In this document: positions 40,616-53,009 of the stretch, one piece after another
How the letters are laid out: each line of letters begins with the position of its first letter
Numbering within the stretch: position 1 is the first letter of the stretch
DNA from: Eledone cirrhosa
Taxonomy: Eukaryota
NCBI GenBank assembly: GCA_964016885.1
Contig: OZ024744.1
Location: 51,770,001-51,834,000 of the forward strand
Direction: 5' to 3'
Length of the DNA stretch: 64,000 nucleotides
Made by a program: the position numbers and the translations under genes
The notes under the pieces: generated by a model
Seen by the model: only the letters and a program-made list of their open reading frames with translations
Told to the model about the DNA's origin: nothing
Databases searched by the model: none

Positions 40616-42213
40616 TCCCGACCAGGTCCATACACGACAACCTCCACCTCATGCGATACATCATAGAGAGGGTAGGGTGTAAACCCGGCTTCGGTAGGGC
40701 CCTGATCAACTTGGATCAGTCTAAGGCTTTCGATAGGGTTGATCATCGTTACCTGGATGCGGTGCTCGAGGCGGCAGGCTTCGGACCCGTGTTCAGGGGC
40801 TAGATTGCTGCAATGCACAACAGCAACATCTGCTCAAGGGTCAAGGTGAACGGCTACCTCTCGGAGCCGTTCCATATCACGCGATCCATCCGACAGGGAT
40901 GCCCTCCCTCCTCCCTTCTGTAATTACTGACTCTCGAGCCACTACTGCCGAAGTTGGAGCTATTGCAGGGCATCATTTTGGAACCGGAACTGCGAAAAGC
41001 GACATCGGCCTACGCCGACGACGTGACAGTAATGGTGTCGTGCACCTCGCAAATCGGGGAGATCGGCACCTTACTGGAGGAATACGAAAGGTTCACATGA
41101 GCGAAGCTGAACCGGGATAAATCCGTTGGTTTGCAACTCGGAACGTGGAGAGGCAAACCGATGCCTTCCGATGACGTCGTCGGACGCTGGACGGAAGGAC
41201 CAGTAAAGCTGCTCGGGGTCTGGTTGGTCCGGACCTCCAGTTGGAGAAGAACTGGAACGAGGTGACGGCCAAGGTGTTTGCGCTCACCCAGAAGTGGGCC
41301 GAGTGCAAACTATCCTTGAAAGGTCGAGCGGAGGTGGCGAACACTTTTATAGCGTCCGTCATCTACTACCGCTATACCGTTGTGTCTTGTCCAGCCAAAA
41401 CGCTCACAAAAATGGAGCGCGCGCTCTTCCAATTCCTTTGGAAGAAACGGGCTCCTTTGGTGAGAAGATTCATCTGCTACCAACACCCTTCAAACCGAGG
41501 AGCTCTACCAGTTCGAGACAAGCTCTACAGACAAAGGCGCCCGGGTAGGGGCCCTTCGAAAAAGATCTGTCCGAGATGCGTGCGCGACGAGGAAACCGTC
41601 GCACATGCATTTGTACACTGCCCGGGCGTTACCGACCTGTGGGGCTATGTAGAACGACTATTGTCGCGGGTGGGACCAATCCAGTTGACCACCGAGTCCA
41701 TTGTCATGATCAAACCGCCACCCTCCTTCAAAAACGAGGGAGAGGCGGTTTTCCTATGTGTTATGGCTATGGTGAAAGAGGTTATATGGTGGACGAGGTT
41801 GAAAGGGCTGAGGTCAGACACCTTTCTCTCCAGCGAGCAACTGATTCGTTTTTTCAAATATCATTTTGGAAGAAGAATCAGGATGGAGAGAGAGGTGCTG
41901 TACCCCAGCAAATTTTATAAAGGGTGGGTGAATGTGGCAATGATGGCCCGAGTGGTTGGGCCTTCTCTCTATATAAGCCTGTAGGTTGAGGGAAAAGAGG
42001 AAGAGAGGAAGGGAGTACTCACTCTTCGTGCTCCTGGAGATAAGGGTTGTACATTTTTTCGGGGTGTGTACAACCCCTGTGTAACACCTCCCCCCTATTG
42101 GGGATTTCAATTGTTATTTGTTATTGTATTAATTTTTATTTTCATATACCTGTATGTAAACTCCCCATTTGTATTTGTCCCCTTCTTTTGTGCCCTTGTG
42201 GCTAATAAAGAAA
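40616..42213 (+). mobile_element. 5'-truncated, disrupted Tx1/L1-clade non-LTR retrotransposon (ORF2 RT, C-terminal CCHC region and 3' UTR) in (TATC)n
   Basis: Translates RSIHDNLHLMR, ALINLDQSKAFDRVDH, SIRQGCP, SAYADDVTV, KLSLKGRAEVAN, ALPVRDKL and CPRC...ETVAHAFVHC. Has an in-frame TAG at 40801 and frameshifts. Ends GCTAATAAAGAAATT followed by (TATC)n. Confidence 0.92.
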
Positions 42214-42227
42214 TTTATCTATCTATC

Positions 42228-42258
42228 TTTTGTGCCCCTGTGGCTAATAAAGAAACAT
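42228..42258 (+). mobile_element. About 30-bp extreme 3' end of the same LINE family
   Basis: TTTTGTGCCCCTGTGGCTAATAAAGAAACA between TATC tracts. Confidence 0.75.
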
Positions 42259-42306
42259 ATCTATATATCTATCTATCTATATATATACGTATCTATCTAT
42301 CTATCT

Positions 42307-42660
42307 GAAGAATCAGGATGGAGAGAGAGGTGCTGTACCCCAGCAAGTTTTATGAAAGGTGGGTGAAAGTGGCGAGAATGGCTCGAGTGAATGGGCCTTC
42401 TCTCTATATCAGCCTGTAGGTTGAGGAAAAAGAGGAGGAGAGGAAAGGAGTACAAACTCTTCGTACTCCTGGAGATGAGGGTTGCACATTTTTTTTCGGG
42501 GGTATGTGTTACCCATATGTAATGTCTCCTCCTATTGGGGAAAATCGACTAATTTTTAAATTGTATTTGTGATAATATTTTACACGTTTTTATTGTATGG
42601 AAACGTCCCCCTTTGTATTTATCCCCTTCTTTTGTGCCCCTGTGGCTAATAAAGAAACAT
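42307..42660 (+). mobile_element. Second, diverged 5'-truncated copy of the LINE (ORF2 end and 3' UTR)
   Basis: GAAGAATCAGGATGGAGAGAGAGGTGCTGTACCCCAGCAA matches 41872 onward. It ends GCTAATAAAGAAACA followed by (TATC)n. Confidence 0.9.
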
Positions 42661-42873
42661 ATCTATCTATCCATGTATCTATCTATCTATCTATCTATGT
42701 ATCTATCTATCTAAATTCTGTTTATCTGGAAGCCAGCTTACTATACCGACCCATATATCTATAAATACATCTTCCCACAATCACACAGCTGCATAACAAT
42801 CACACACCAAGATAGGCTATAAGTGATCGTGAAAATTAGCTTTAAACAGCAGCCATGAAAAGAAACAAATAAT

Positions 42874-43057
42874 TGTTCTACTTTAGGTACAAGGCCAGCA
42901 ATTATCCAGTGCATTACTGGTACTTTATTTTATTGACCCCGTAAGGATGAAAGGCAAAGTCAACCTCGGCGGGATTTGAACTCAGGTCGTAAAGGGACGT
43001 AACTATGCTGGAAAGCATGGCGTCCGACCCTTTACCGATACTGCCAATCCACCACCC
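42874..43057 (-). mobile_element. Full-length tRNA-derived SINE with a perfect 18-bp TSD
   Basis: TGAAAAGAAACAAATAAT at 42856-42873 and 43058-43075. A box TGGCAGTATCGG and B box GAGTTCAAATCC on the minus strand. Confidence 0.93.
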
Positions 43058-43271
43058 TGAAAAGAAACAAATAATGCACGGTAGAATATGTAGCACGAGA
43101 AAAAAAAAGCAACCAAAAAGAAACAAAACCCCCCCAAAAAACCCGGACTAAATAAATGCGATGGTCAGGTTTACAGTAAGTTTGGTAAAGGGTATGCTCG
43201 AAGCAGATTCACTGAGGAATGAAGAATTTAAATAAATATCTGTATATAGTATAGTATATTAGATATCACAT

Positions 43272-43382
<111 letters not shown>

Positions 43383-43385
43383 TAA

Positions 43386-44526
43386 TCTATAAAGCTCAGT
43401 GTGTGGTCAAGCTCCTTCGTTATAGAAATCTACGATATAGAATTTATTCAATTGAAATTTACAATTCAGTATTCGAAATAGCTTCGATTGCGTCTTGGCA
43501 CAGATAATGTTTTCAATTTCACCCACAATTACGCAAAAAATAGATAAAACTCAATATTTTACGATTTTTCTCTGTCATTTAAACTGCTAAACTCTTTCCA
43601 CTACCATTCAAAATCTATACAACTTCATACTTTCTGCTACTTTCTCTTTCCAAGCTTGATGGTGATACTGTCCGTTTTACTCTCTCATATCATCTGCTAA
43701 CCTCTAACTACAACCCACACATTTTGCTACTTTCTCTTTTATACAGATACATTTATTCAACAACAAGCGATAAATCTTTTTTAAAGCCTCTTTTCCAAAC
43801 GCATACAAACGCACACTCACTTCAACAACAACAACAACAATCTGCCTTTTATAGATAATGATAAACAATAATATGCTCTATGAGGTCACTAAACCTGTTA
43901 GAAACAGCAGCTAACTCTCCCCCATACCACACCCCTCCCTAATGTCTTAAATTTAGAAAACATATCTTCTATGAGGTCACTAAACCTGCTAGAAACAGCA
44001 GCTAACTCTCCCCCATATCACACCACTCCCTACTGTCCTAAATTTAGAAAACACATATCCTCTATGAGGTTGCTAAACCTGCTAGAAACAGCAGCTAACT
44101 CTCCCCCATATCACACCACTCCCTACTGTCTTAAATTTAGAAAATACATATCCTCTATGAGGTCACTAAACCTGCTAGAAACAACAGCTAACCCTCCCTC
44201 ATATCACAACTCTCCCTACTGTCTTAAATTTAGAAAACACACAGACAACCATGCAGAACAACTCCATCGCAGCTCTGTTGTTCAGCTGGCATCGTCTACG
44301 CGCGTGTTGCGTAAGTACTGTGAAACAATAAATTTCAACACTTTTTTGCACAGAGATAATATCCATAGGCGAAACTACAATTGTCACTGCTGGCGCAGCT
44401 CCTGCTTCCAGGTCTGCAATTCATTCACCCAGTGCCTGGCAGACAAAAAAGTGCTGCCATAAAATGGGTGGTGCAGCCTAACTCTGGTAACTTAATGACC
44501 CCGAGCAAAGCGAGGCTTTAATGCTA

Positions 44527-44527
<1 letters not shown>
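43386..44527 (+). mobile_element. Probable non-autonomous Helitron (about 1.14 kb) carrying a minisatellite
   Basis: Candidate 5' end A|TCTATAAAGCTCAGTGTGTG; degenerate 3' hairpin CCCCGAGCAAAGCGAGG then CTAG|T. Both ends adjoin (TA)n. Confidence 0.65.
43876..44241 (+). repeat. 93-bp minisatellite, 4 copies
   Basis: ATGAGG at 43880, 43971, 44064 and 44157 (periods 91, 93, 93). Confidence 0.95.
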
Positions 44528-44560
<33 letters not shown>

Positions 44561-44679
44561 CGTCACCACAAAATGTATACTCCCTTCAACAGCCTTCTAA
44601 TAAAAGTGTGCAGAGATTTTAGGGGAATGTATATATATATACATTGACGTTGGTCGGGATTTCTCCCCCCCCCTCTCTC

Positions 44680-44713
<34 letters not shown>

Positions 44714-44718
44714 TAAAC

Positions 44719-44767
<49 letters not shown>

Positions 44768-44997
44768 CGTATGTATGTACACACACATACACATTCATGT
44801 TTACAAAAATATATAGAGGCTTGCATATATGGCTCCATGTATTTATATATATATATTGAATAAATGTATATGAAATTCCTTAGAAATATTTTCCGAAATA
44901 TTTCATTCAACATACATATAAAGACGAATGTAAAATTTAAATATATAATTTCAAAAAATATGGGTATATAATCTAATGTTTCAATATATGCCTGCAA

Positions 44998-45028
<31 letters not shown>

Positions 45029-45042
45029 TGTATGTATGTATG

Positions 45043-45073
<31 letters not shown>

Positions 45074-45120
45074 TGTATGTATGTATGTATGTATGTATGT
45101 ATGTATGTATGTATGTATAT

Positions 45121-45661
45121 TGTCTCATGGTCGGGTCGTTGGCGACTAAACTGGCAACCCCACCAAGGTTTCTTGGTGAGGAGGGTGACTTTGGACATCC
45201 TGCAGGACTAAAAACAAAACCTGTCAAAGGGCAAAGGAGCTCTTAAGAGTCAATGGCCATCCAAAATCACCTTTGTCAAGGCAGAATTCTAGGAGAAGGA
45301 AAACTCTGATATAACACCTGCAACCCTGATGGTATCCAATGATGTTGACTTGTTATTCTTTTTGGTAAATATCATCTTGGTTAAGAGAGTGGGACTGGCT
45401 TTGTGCAGTGCCTTTGCTCACTATAAAAGCTTCACGGCACAGGCATTGCTTTATATCTGGAGATCTCTCTGCACTTGTCGTCACATGGTACCATGGGCCC
45501 AGCACTATGTTTCGATAATTGTCACAGGTGTAGTGTTTGTACCTGAGTTTTCAAGTCGCTGGCTGGACTAAAAATTCGCACTTGTTTAGCGCATCGGTAG
45601 AAGTTCTCCTACATGGATATAAAGTAGTGGCCGTACTCGAAAACGAGTTGGCAGCCACCAC
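45121..45661 (+). mobile_element. Non-coding (TATG)n-tailed retroposon, copy A
   Basis: Near-identical to 46083-46643. Ends GAAAACGAGTTGGCAGCCACCA followed by (TATG)n, and is preceded by (TATG)n. Confidence 0.8.
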
Positions 45662-45713
45662 GTATGTATGTATGTATGTATGTATGTATGTATGTATGTA
45701 TGTATGTATGTAT

Positions 45714-45965
45714 GGAGAAGGAAAACTCTGATATAACACCTGCAACCCTGATGGTATCCAATGATGTTGACATGTTCTTCTTTTTGGTAAATATCATCTT
45801 GGTTAAGAGGGTGGGACTGGCTTTGTGCAGTGCCTTTGCAAGTGTAGTGTTTGTACCAGAGTTTTCAAGTCGCTGGCTGGACTAAAATGTCACGTTCGTT
45901 CAGCGCATTTCTCCTACATGGATAAAAAGTAGTACCCGTACTCGAAAACGAGTTGGCGGCCACCA
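45714..45965 (+). mobile_element. Same retroposon, copy B (further 5'-truncated, about 110-bp internal deletion)
   Basis: Starts at GGAGAAGGAAAACTCTGAT, has the junction GCCTTTGC|AAGTGTAGTG, and shares the 3' end. Confidence 0.8.
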
Positions 45966-46036
45966 TATATACATGTATGTATATATGTATGTATGTATGA
46001 TTGTATATATGTATGTATATATATGTATGTTTATAT

Positions 46037-46643
46037 CAGGTCACCAGTTGGTGCTACTGGTAACATGTATCCCAGTACAACCTGTCTCATGGTCGGGTCG
46101 TTGGCGACTAAACTGGCAACCCCACCAAGGTTTCTTGGTGAGGAGGTGACTTTGGACATCCTGCAGGACTAAAAACAAAACCTGTCAAAGGGCAAAGAAG
46201 CTCTTAAGAGTCAATGGCTATCCAAAATCACCGGGAGAGATGACCCCTTAGCCTTTGTCAAGGCAGAATTCTAGGAGAAGGAAAACTCTGATAAAACACC
46301 TGCAACTCTGATGGTATCCAATAATGTTGACATGTTCTTCTTTTTGGTAAATATCATCTTGGTTAAGAGAGTGGGACTGGCTTTGTGCAGTGCCTTTGCT
46401 CACTATAAAAGCTTCACGGCACAGGCATTGCTTTATATCTGGAGATCTCTCTGCACTTGTCGTCACATGGTACCATGGGCCCAGCACTATGTGTCAATAA
46501 TTGTCACAAGTGTAGTGTTTGTACCATAGTTTTCAAGTCGCTGGCTGGACTAAAAAGTCACACTCGTTCAGCGCATCGGTAGGAGTTCTCCTACATGGAT
46601 ATAAAGTAGTGGGCCTACTCGAAAACGAGTTGGCAGCCACCAT
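46037..46643 (+). mobile_element. Same retroposon, copy C (longest)
   Basis: Extends about 45 bp further 5' than copy A, keeps a 21-bp segment missing in A, and has the same 3' end plus (TATG)n. Confidence 0.8.
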
Positions 46644-47088
46644 GCATGTGTGTATGTATGTAAGTATGAATGTATGTATGTATGTGTGTATGTATGTATG
46701 TATGTATGTATGTATGTATGTATGCATGTATGTATGTATGTATGTATGTATCAACATCAAGCTACACACCATCATTTAGATCACACACACACATATATAT
46801 ATATATATATGTATATATATACACATATATATACATACATTCATCTGTCTCTGTCTTTCTATATATATATTCATACATACACACACGTGCACGCGCGCAC
46901 ACACACACACACATACACACACATATATATATAATTACATACTTAAATATCATACATACACAGACAGATTTATGAATGTGTGTGTGTGTATATATATATA
47001 TACATAATTGAAAGCATTCATATAAATATATATATATATATACACTTATATATATATATGTAAGTGTGTTTGTGTGTGTGTATGTAAG

Positions 47089-47123
<35 letters not shown>

Positions 47124-47178
47124 GTAGGTAAGTAGATATATATATATATATATAAGATATATATACGTATATATATAC

Positions 47179-47211
<33 letters not shown>

Positions 47212-47397
47212 TCTTATATATATATATATATACTTACATACACACACACATACACACACACACATAAATATATATATATATACATATATGTGTGTATTTT
47301 GTGTGTGTATGTGTGTGTGTATACACCAATGCGCGCGATACGTCCTCCACACAACACTAATATATACATATACATACATATACGCATACATGCTTAC

Positions 47398-47469
47398 ATA
47401 TACTTCACAACCGAATACTAATCTCTCGTCTTCCATTCCAGCGTGACAAAAGTTCCAGTGAGATGCGAG
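47398..47469 (-). CDS. Candidate 72-bp exon ([24 protein letters not shown])
   Basis: Acceptor TATTTTCTAG| and donor TAT|GTAAGC. Length is a multiple of 3 and only one frame is open. No homology recognised. Confidence 0.25.
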
Positions 47470-47685
47470 CTAGAAAATATGTCTCTTCTTTGCTTTTGTT
47501 GTTTGTTTTGTTTAGTTTTTTTTTCATGAACACAGCCAGGGACAGGGACTAAGTTATTAATGCCATCATAAATTTCAGTAAACATCACAGTTGTTAGTAT
47601 CACTTTTGTTGGTTTAGATCTTAGACCGTTTCTAATGGCGGTATAGTTTAAGAAACGACTGGAAACACATTACAAACACACACAT

Positions 47686-47778
<93 letters not shown>

Positions 47779-47912
47779 GGCACAGACATACATAACCACC
47801 TGCATACACACAAACACAAATACATAACGTGAGCGAATGAACGTTCTTCTGGAATAAAAACGTATGTTGGAATCTGGCTGGATGTCAGCTACAAACGTGT
47901 GTGTGGGTGTGA

Positions 47913-47943
<31 letters not shown>

Positions 47944-47948
47944 TATAC

Positions 47949-47979
<31 letters not shown>

Positions 47980-47992
47980 CACATATATAAGC

Positions 47993-48105
<113 letters not shown>

Positions 48106-48126
48106 TACATATATTTATATATATAC

Positions 48127-48220
<94 letters not shown>

Positions 48221-48245
48221 CGAAGGAGTTGTGGTAAAGAACCAG

Positions 48246-48283
<38 letters not shown>

Positions 48284-48322
48284 ATACTTTGGGAGGGTCA
48301 TGTTGCCAACAAATTCAGAAAC

Positions 48323-48386
<64 letters not shown>

Positions 48387-48587
48387 CTGTGTGTATGTAT
48401 ATATATTTAATAAGGTATATCTAATACGGTATAAATATATATATATATTTGAATGCTTTCAATAATATATATATATGTGTGTGAATCTCGGGTTCAATCA
48501 GTAGGTAAGGTACTCAATATACAGCCTCTCCTAATAATTTCCTTCGAATGAAACACTTCTAGTCCTTTAGAAGCAATTTCTATATTT

Positions 48588-48842
<255 letters not shown>

Positions 48843-48984
48843 GTATAGGTGTCTGTGAGTATGAAATTTTACATGAGTAAATATATTTATATATATACAT
48901 TTATATATATACACAGATATGTGTGTGTGTATGATATGAATGTATATAATTTTATATATATACCATATTATATTATATATGATA

Positions 48985-49025
<41 letters not shown>

Positions 49026-49190
49026 AGCTCATACATGGGTACAGACACATATATATGTGTGTATAAGCGCGTGTGAATATATTTACATCTTATATTGTAA
49101 ACGATACATACAAGTACTTCGAATTCTAGCTCATCTTTACCTGTCGTTAATATACATCACATGCTCTCTCTCACACCTACACATACACAG

Positions 49191-49222
<32 letters not shown>

Positions 49223-49360
49223 GGATATACACCTATATATCGACAGATAATCATACACATATATGTACATCTGTCCATACACCTGCTTTTATATATATAT
49301 ATATATATATGCAAACTTCCCCATGTGCACACAAGTTCATAGTTGCATATATATATATAG

Positions 49361-49520
49361 TGACATAAACAAGTACTCAAGTTTCGTTTGGTTCTGGGCC
49401 CCAAGAAATGCAGCCTGTCATGAGAAAAATAAAAACTGGTCTTTGTATTTATTATTTTCCTGTCACGCTGAATTAGTTGGGGCCCAGAACCAAACGAAAC
49501 TTGAGTACCTGTTTATGTCA
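49361..49520. repeat. Inverted repeat with 44-bp arms and 1 mismatch
   Basis: TGACATAAACAAGTACTCAAGTTTCGTTTGGTTCTGGGCCCCAA (49361-49404) and TTGGGGCCCAGAACCAAACGAAACTTGAGTACCTGTTTATGTCA (49477-49520). Confidence 0.92.
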
Positions 49521-49649
49521 TTGTTGTAATTATTTATACTAAACTCGTCCTATGGACTCAGTGCTCTTACTCTTGGATATTTCCCCATAACCTTTACTTC
49601 AGTGTATATATATATAGTAATAATAATAAATGCGAAGACTATATATATG

Positions 49650-49752
<103 letters not shown>

Positions 49753-49773
49753 CGTGAAGAGTAAAATCCGAAG

Positions 49774-49825
<52 letters not shown>

Positions 49826-50201
49826 CTGTGGAGTATATTTGCGCTCTTGTTTATATATTGTAGTGTTGCGGTTCAGCGAAGAAGAGAAGGATGTAAAAAG
49901 GATTAGAAACCGATATCATTTATTTTTACTAAAGCTGGCTGGTATCACAGCATGGCCGCAGTCTAATGCGAGAGAAAAAATAATAGGAATATACATTATT
50001 TGGAACTTGATGATTTTCCTTTCTTTTGCCACGGGTGACCATATTATGAGAATGAATAAACCCCAGAAAAATGCCTGAGGAACTTGTATTCGGTTATATC
50101 GGAATATTTCCTATAAGATATAGAAAGTTACGCTCACACGCGCGTTATGTGTGTGTGTGTGTATATATACATATATATGTGTGGGTGAGTGCGTGTGTGT
50201 G

Positions 50202-50237
<36 letters not shown>

Positions 50238-50360
50238 ACTGTGTGTGTTTTATGGGTGTTTGTATATTTATATATCAAGATAAATACACATATACATATA
50301 CATGCATGTATATATGTAATTATATACATATACATATATATACAATATACATACACTCAC

Positions 50361-50470
<110 letters not shown>

Positions 50471-50477
50471 AATATAA

Positions 50478-50606
<129 letters not shown>

Positions 50607-50653
50607 TTTTGCGAGGCTTTAGAAAATACAATGTAACAGGAGCAAACAATAGC

Positions 50654-50695
50654 ACCACTGACGATGTTGCAGATGTGCAACGAAAGAACTTTGAT
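50654..50695 (+). ncRNA. Hammerhead motif: intact core and stem II, decayed stems I and III
   Basis: acca-CTGACGA-t-gttgca-gatg-tgcaac-GAAA-gaac-TT-tgat. Confidence 0.62.
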
Positions 50696-50896
50696 AAATT
50701 ATATATATGTGTTTGTGTCTATATTGTATCTGTATTATTTTTGACCGTCGGTCAGTCAATGGCAACATTGAGGACCGAATAAATTAGATTACCGATATAA
50801 AAGACACAGAAGCGAAAAGCGAAAACCAACCAAACAGTGAGTGTGTTCTGTTATTAATTCTGGCAATATTACACAAATATGACCCTCCCCAAGTAT

Positions 50897-51038
<142 letters not shown>

Positions 51039-51195
51039 GTATGTTTATTGTATATATATCCATATGAATATTACCTATATAGATATAGATATAGATATCT
51101 ATTTGTATATACGTATATATATATATATATTTCATTCCTGCCATCGGAATCCTGAGCATTTTCCTATATATATATGTGTGTGTGTATATATATAT

Positions 51196-51240
<45 letters not shown>

Positions 51241-51346
51241 GTACATATATATATATATATATGTATACATACATATATATATTTATTTATATATGTATAT
51301 GTATATATATGTATATATATATATACACACACACACAAACAAACAA

Positions 51347-51399
<53 letters not shown>

Positions 51400-51513
51400 A
51401 ATTCACAGATATATATATTTATATATATATATATATATGCAAATTCACAGATATATATATTTATATATATATATATATCTGTGAATGTCCATATAGATAT
51501 GTGTATATGCAGA

Positions 51514-51703
<190 letters not shown>

Positions 51704-51843
51704 TATACATTCCTACATGTATACGTATATACGTATATACATATATATCTACATACAAGCTGTTATATAAAATTAAATTTCTTGATTCACTGTTTATTTT
51801 TTGTCAATATATTTATTGCTAATTATCATTACTAATCATATAT

Positions 51844-52025
51844 GGCGGTGGATTGGCAGTATCGGTAGAGGGGTCGGACGACATGACTTGACGCATAGAG
51901 TTACGGCCCTTGCCATTCTGAGTTCAAATCCCGCCGAGGTTACCTTACGGGGGACGATAAAATAAAGTACAAGTAATGCGCTGGGATAATTGGTGGCCTT
52001 GTGCCAAAAAGTAGAAACAATTATT
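51844..52025 (+). mobile_element. tRNA-derived SINE
   Basis: GGCGGTGGATTGGCAGTATCGGTAGAG...GAGTTCAAATCCCGCCGAGG...GGCCTTGTGCCAAAAAGTAGAAACAATTATT. Degenerate TSD TACTAATCATATAT/TATTAAGCATATAT. Confidence 0.88.
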
Positions 52026-52286
52026 AAGCATATATATTATGTATATATACATATGCATTTCTACCTATCTATCTATACATATATATACATATGTATATAT
52101 ATATATATATATATATACAATAGTACAGCATATTCGAAGTTCGATCAGCAGCTAAGCACTCGACAAGGTATAGATAGACCTGAGAGTAATAACATACAGT
52201 TTAAAGGGATTTGCAAATTGAAAATAGCGACCGCTAATTCAGCCGCGTGATCTGTAGCAACGAAAGAACTGACTAGTGAGAAAAGG

Positions 52287-52354
<68 letters not shown>

Positions 52355-52381
52355 TTAAAAATATACATACATACATATATG

Positions 52382-52432
<51 letters not shown>

Positions 52433-52714
52433 GCGGAAGCTTAGTAGAATCGAAGCTTTGGCTGTGGCCAAGCTAACGACCTACAATTAGGAATGAGCAG
52501 CAAAGCACTCAATAAGGTTGCAGGCCTTAGAGTTATAACATACGTTTAGACAGCTTGACAAATTGAAAATTGCGGCAGGCAGATCTAGCCACACAATACC
52601 CAAAACAACGAAGAAACTAATCAGGTTAGACAACTGACCTGGACATATCGAACGATATTTTGCACACGTCCAATAGGTTTCTATGAAACCGAAAATCATC
52701 CATCCACCTTACGT

Positions 52715-52754
<40 letters not shown>

Positions 52755-53009
52755 ATATGTATATATATATATGTATATATATATAAATGTGTGTGTGTAT
52801 CTCTGTGTGTGTGTGTGGGCGTGTCTGTGTGTTTATGTATATGACCACGAAAGGCTTGTGTGTTTTGTGAGCAATTTTTTCCGTGTGTAGCTTCCTTCTG
52901 TTCCCAGTCATGCGATTTGGTTTCAATGTGTTTACGAGCACTTTTCGCGCGTATCTATTTGTGTGTGTAGGGGGAGGGTATAAATCTACCGATATTTTTC
53001 AAGTATCAA

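Noticed and set aside
43971-44462. 163-aa ORF with 31-aa repeats as a gene
   Set aside because: It is a by-product of a 93-bp unit. The first unit is 91 bp and out of frame, it lies within a probable Helitron, and no domain is recognisable.
46037-46160. Definite twister or HDV-like ribozyme
   Set aside because: The twister UAA/P2 elements and the HDV P1 partner strand could not be found; kept only as a hypothesis in the findings.
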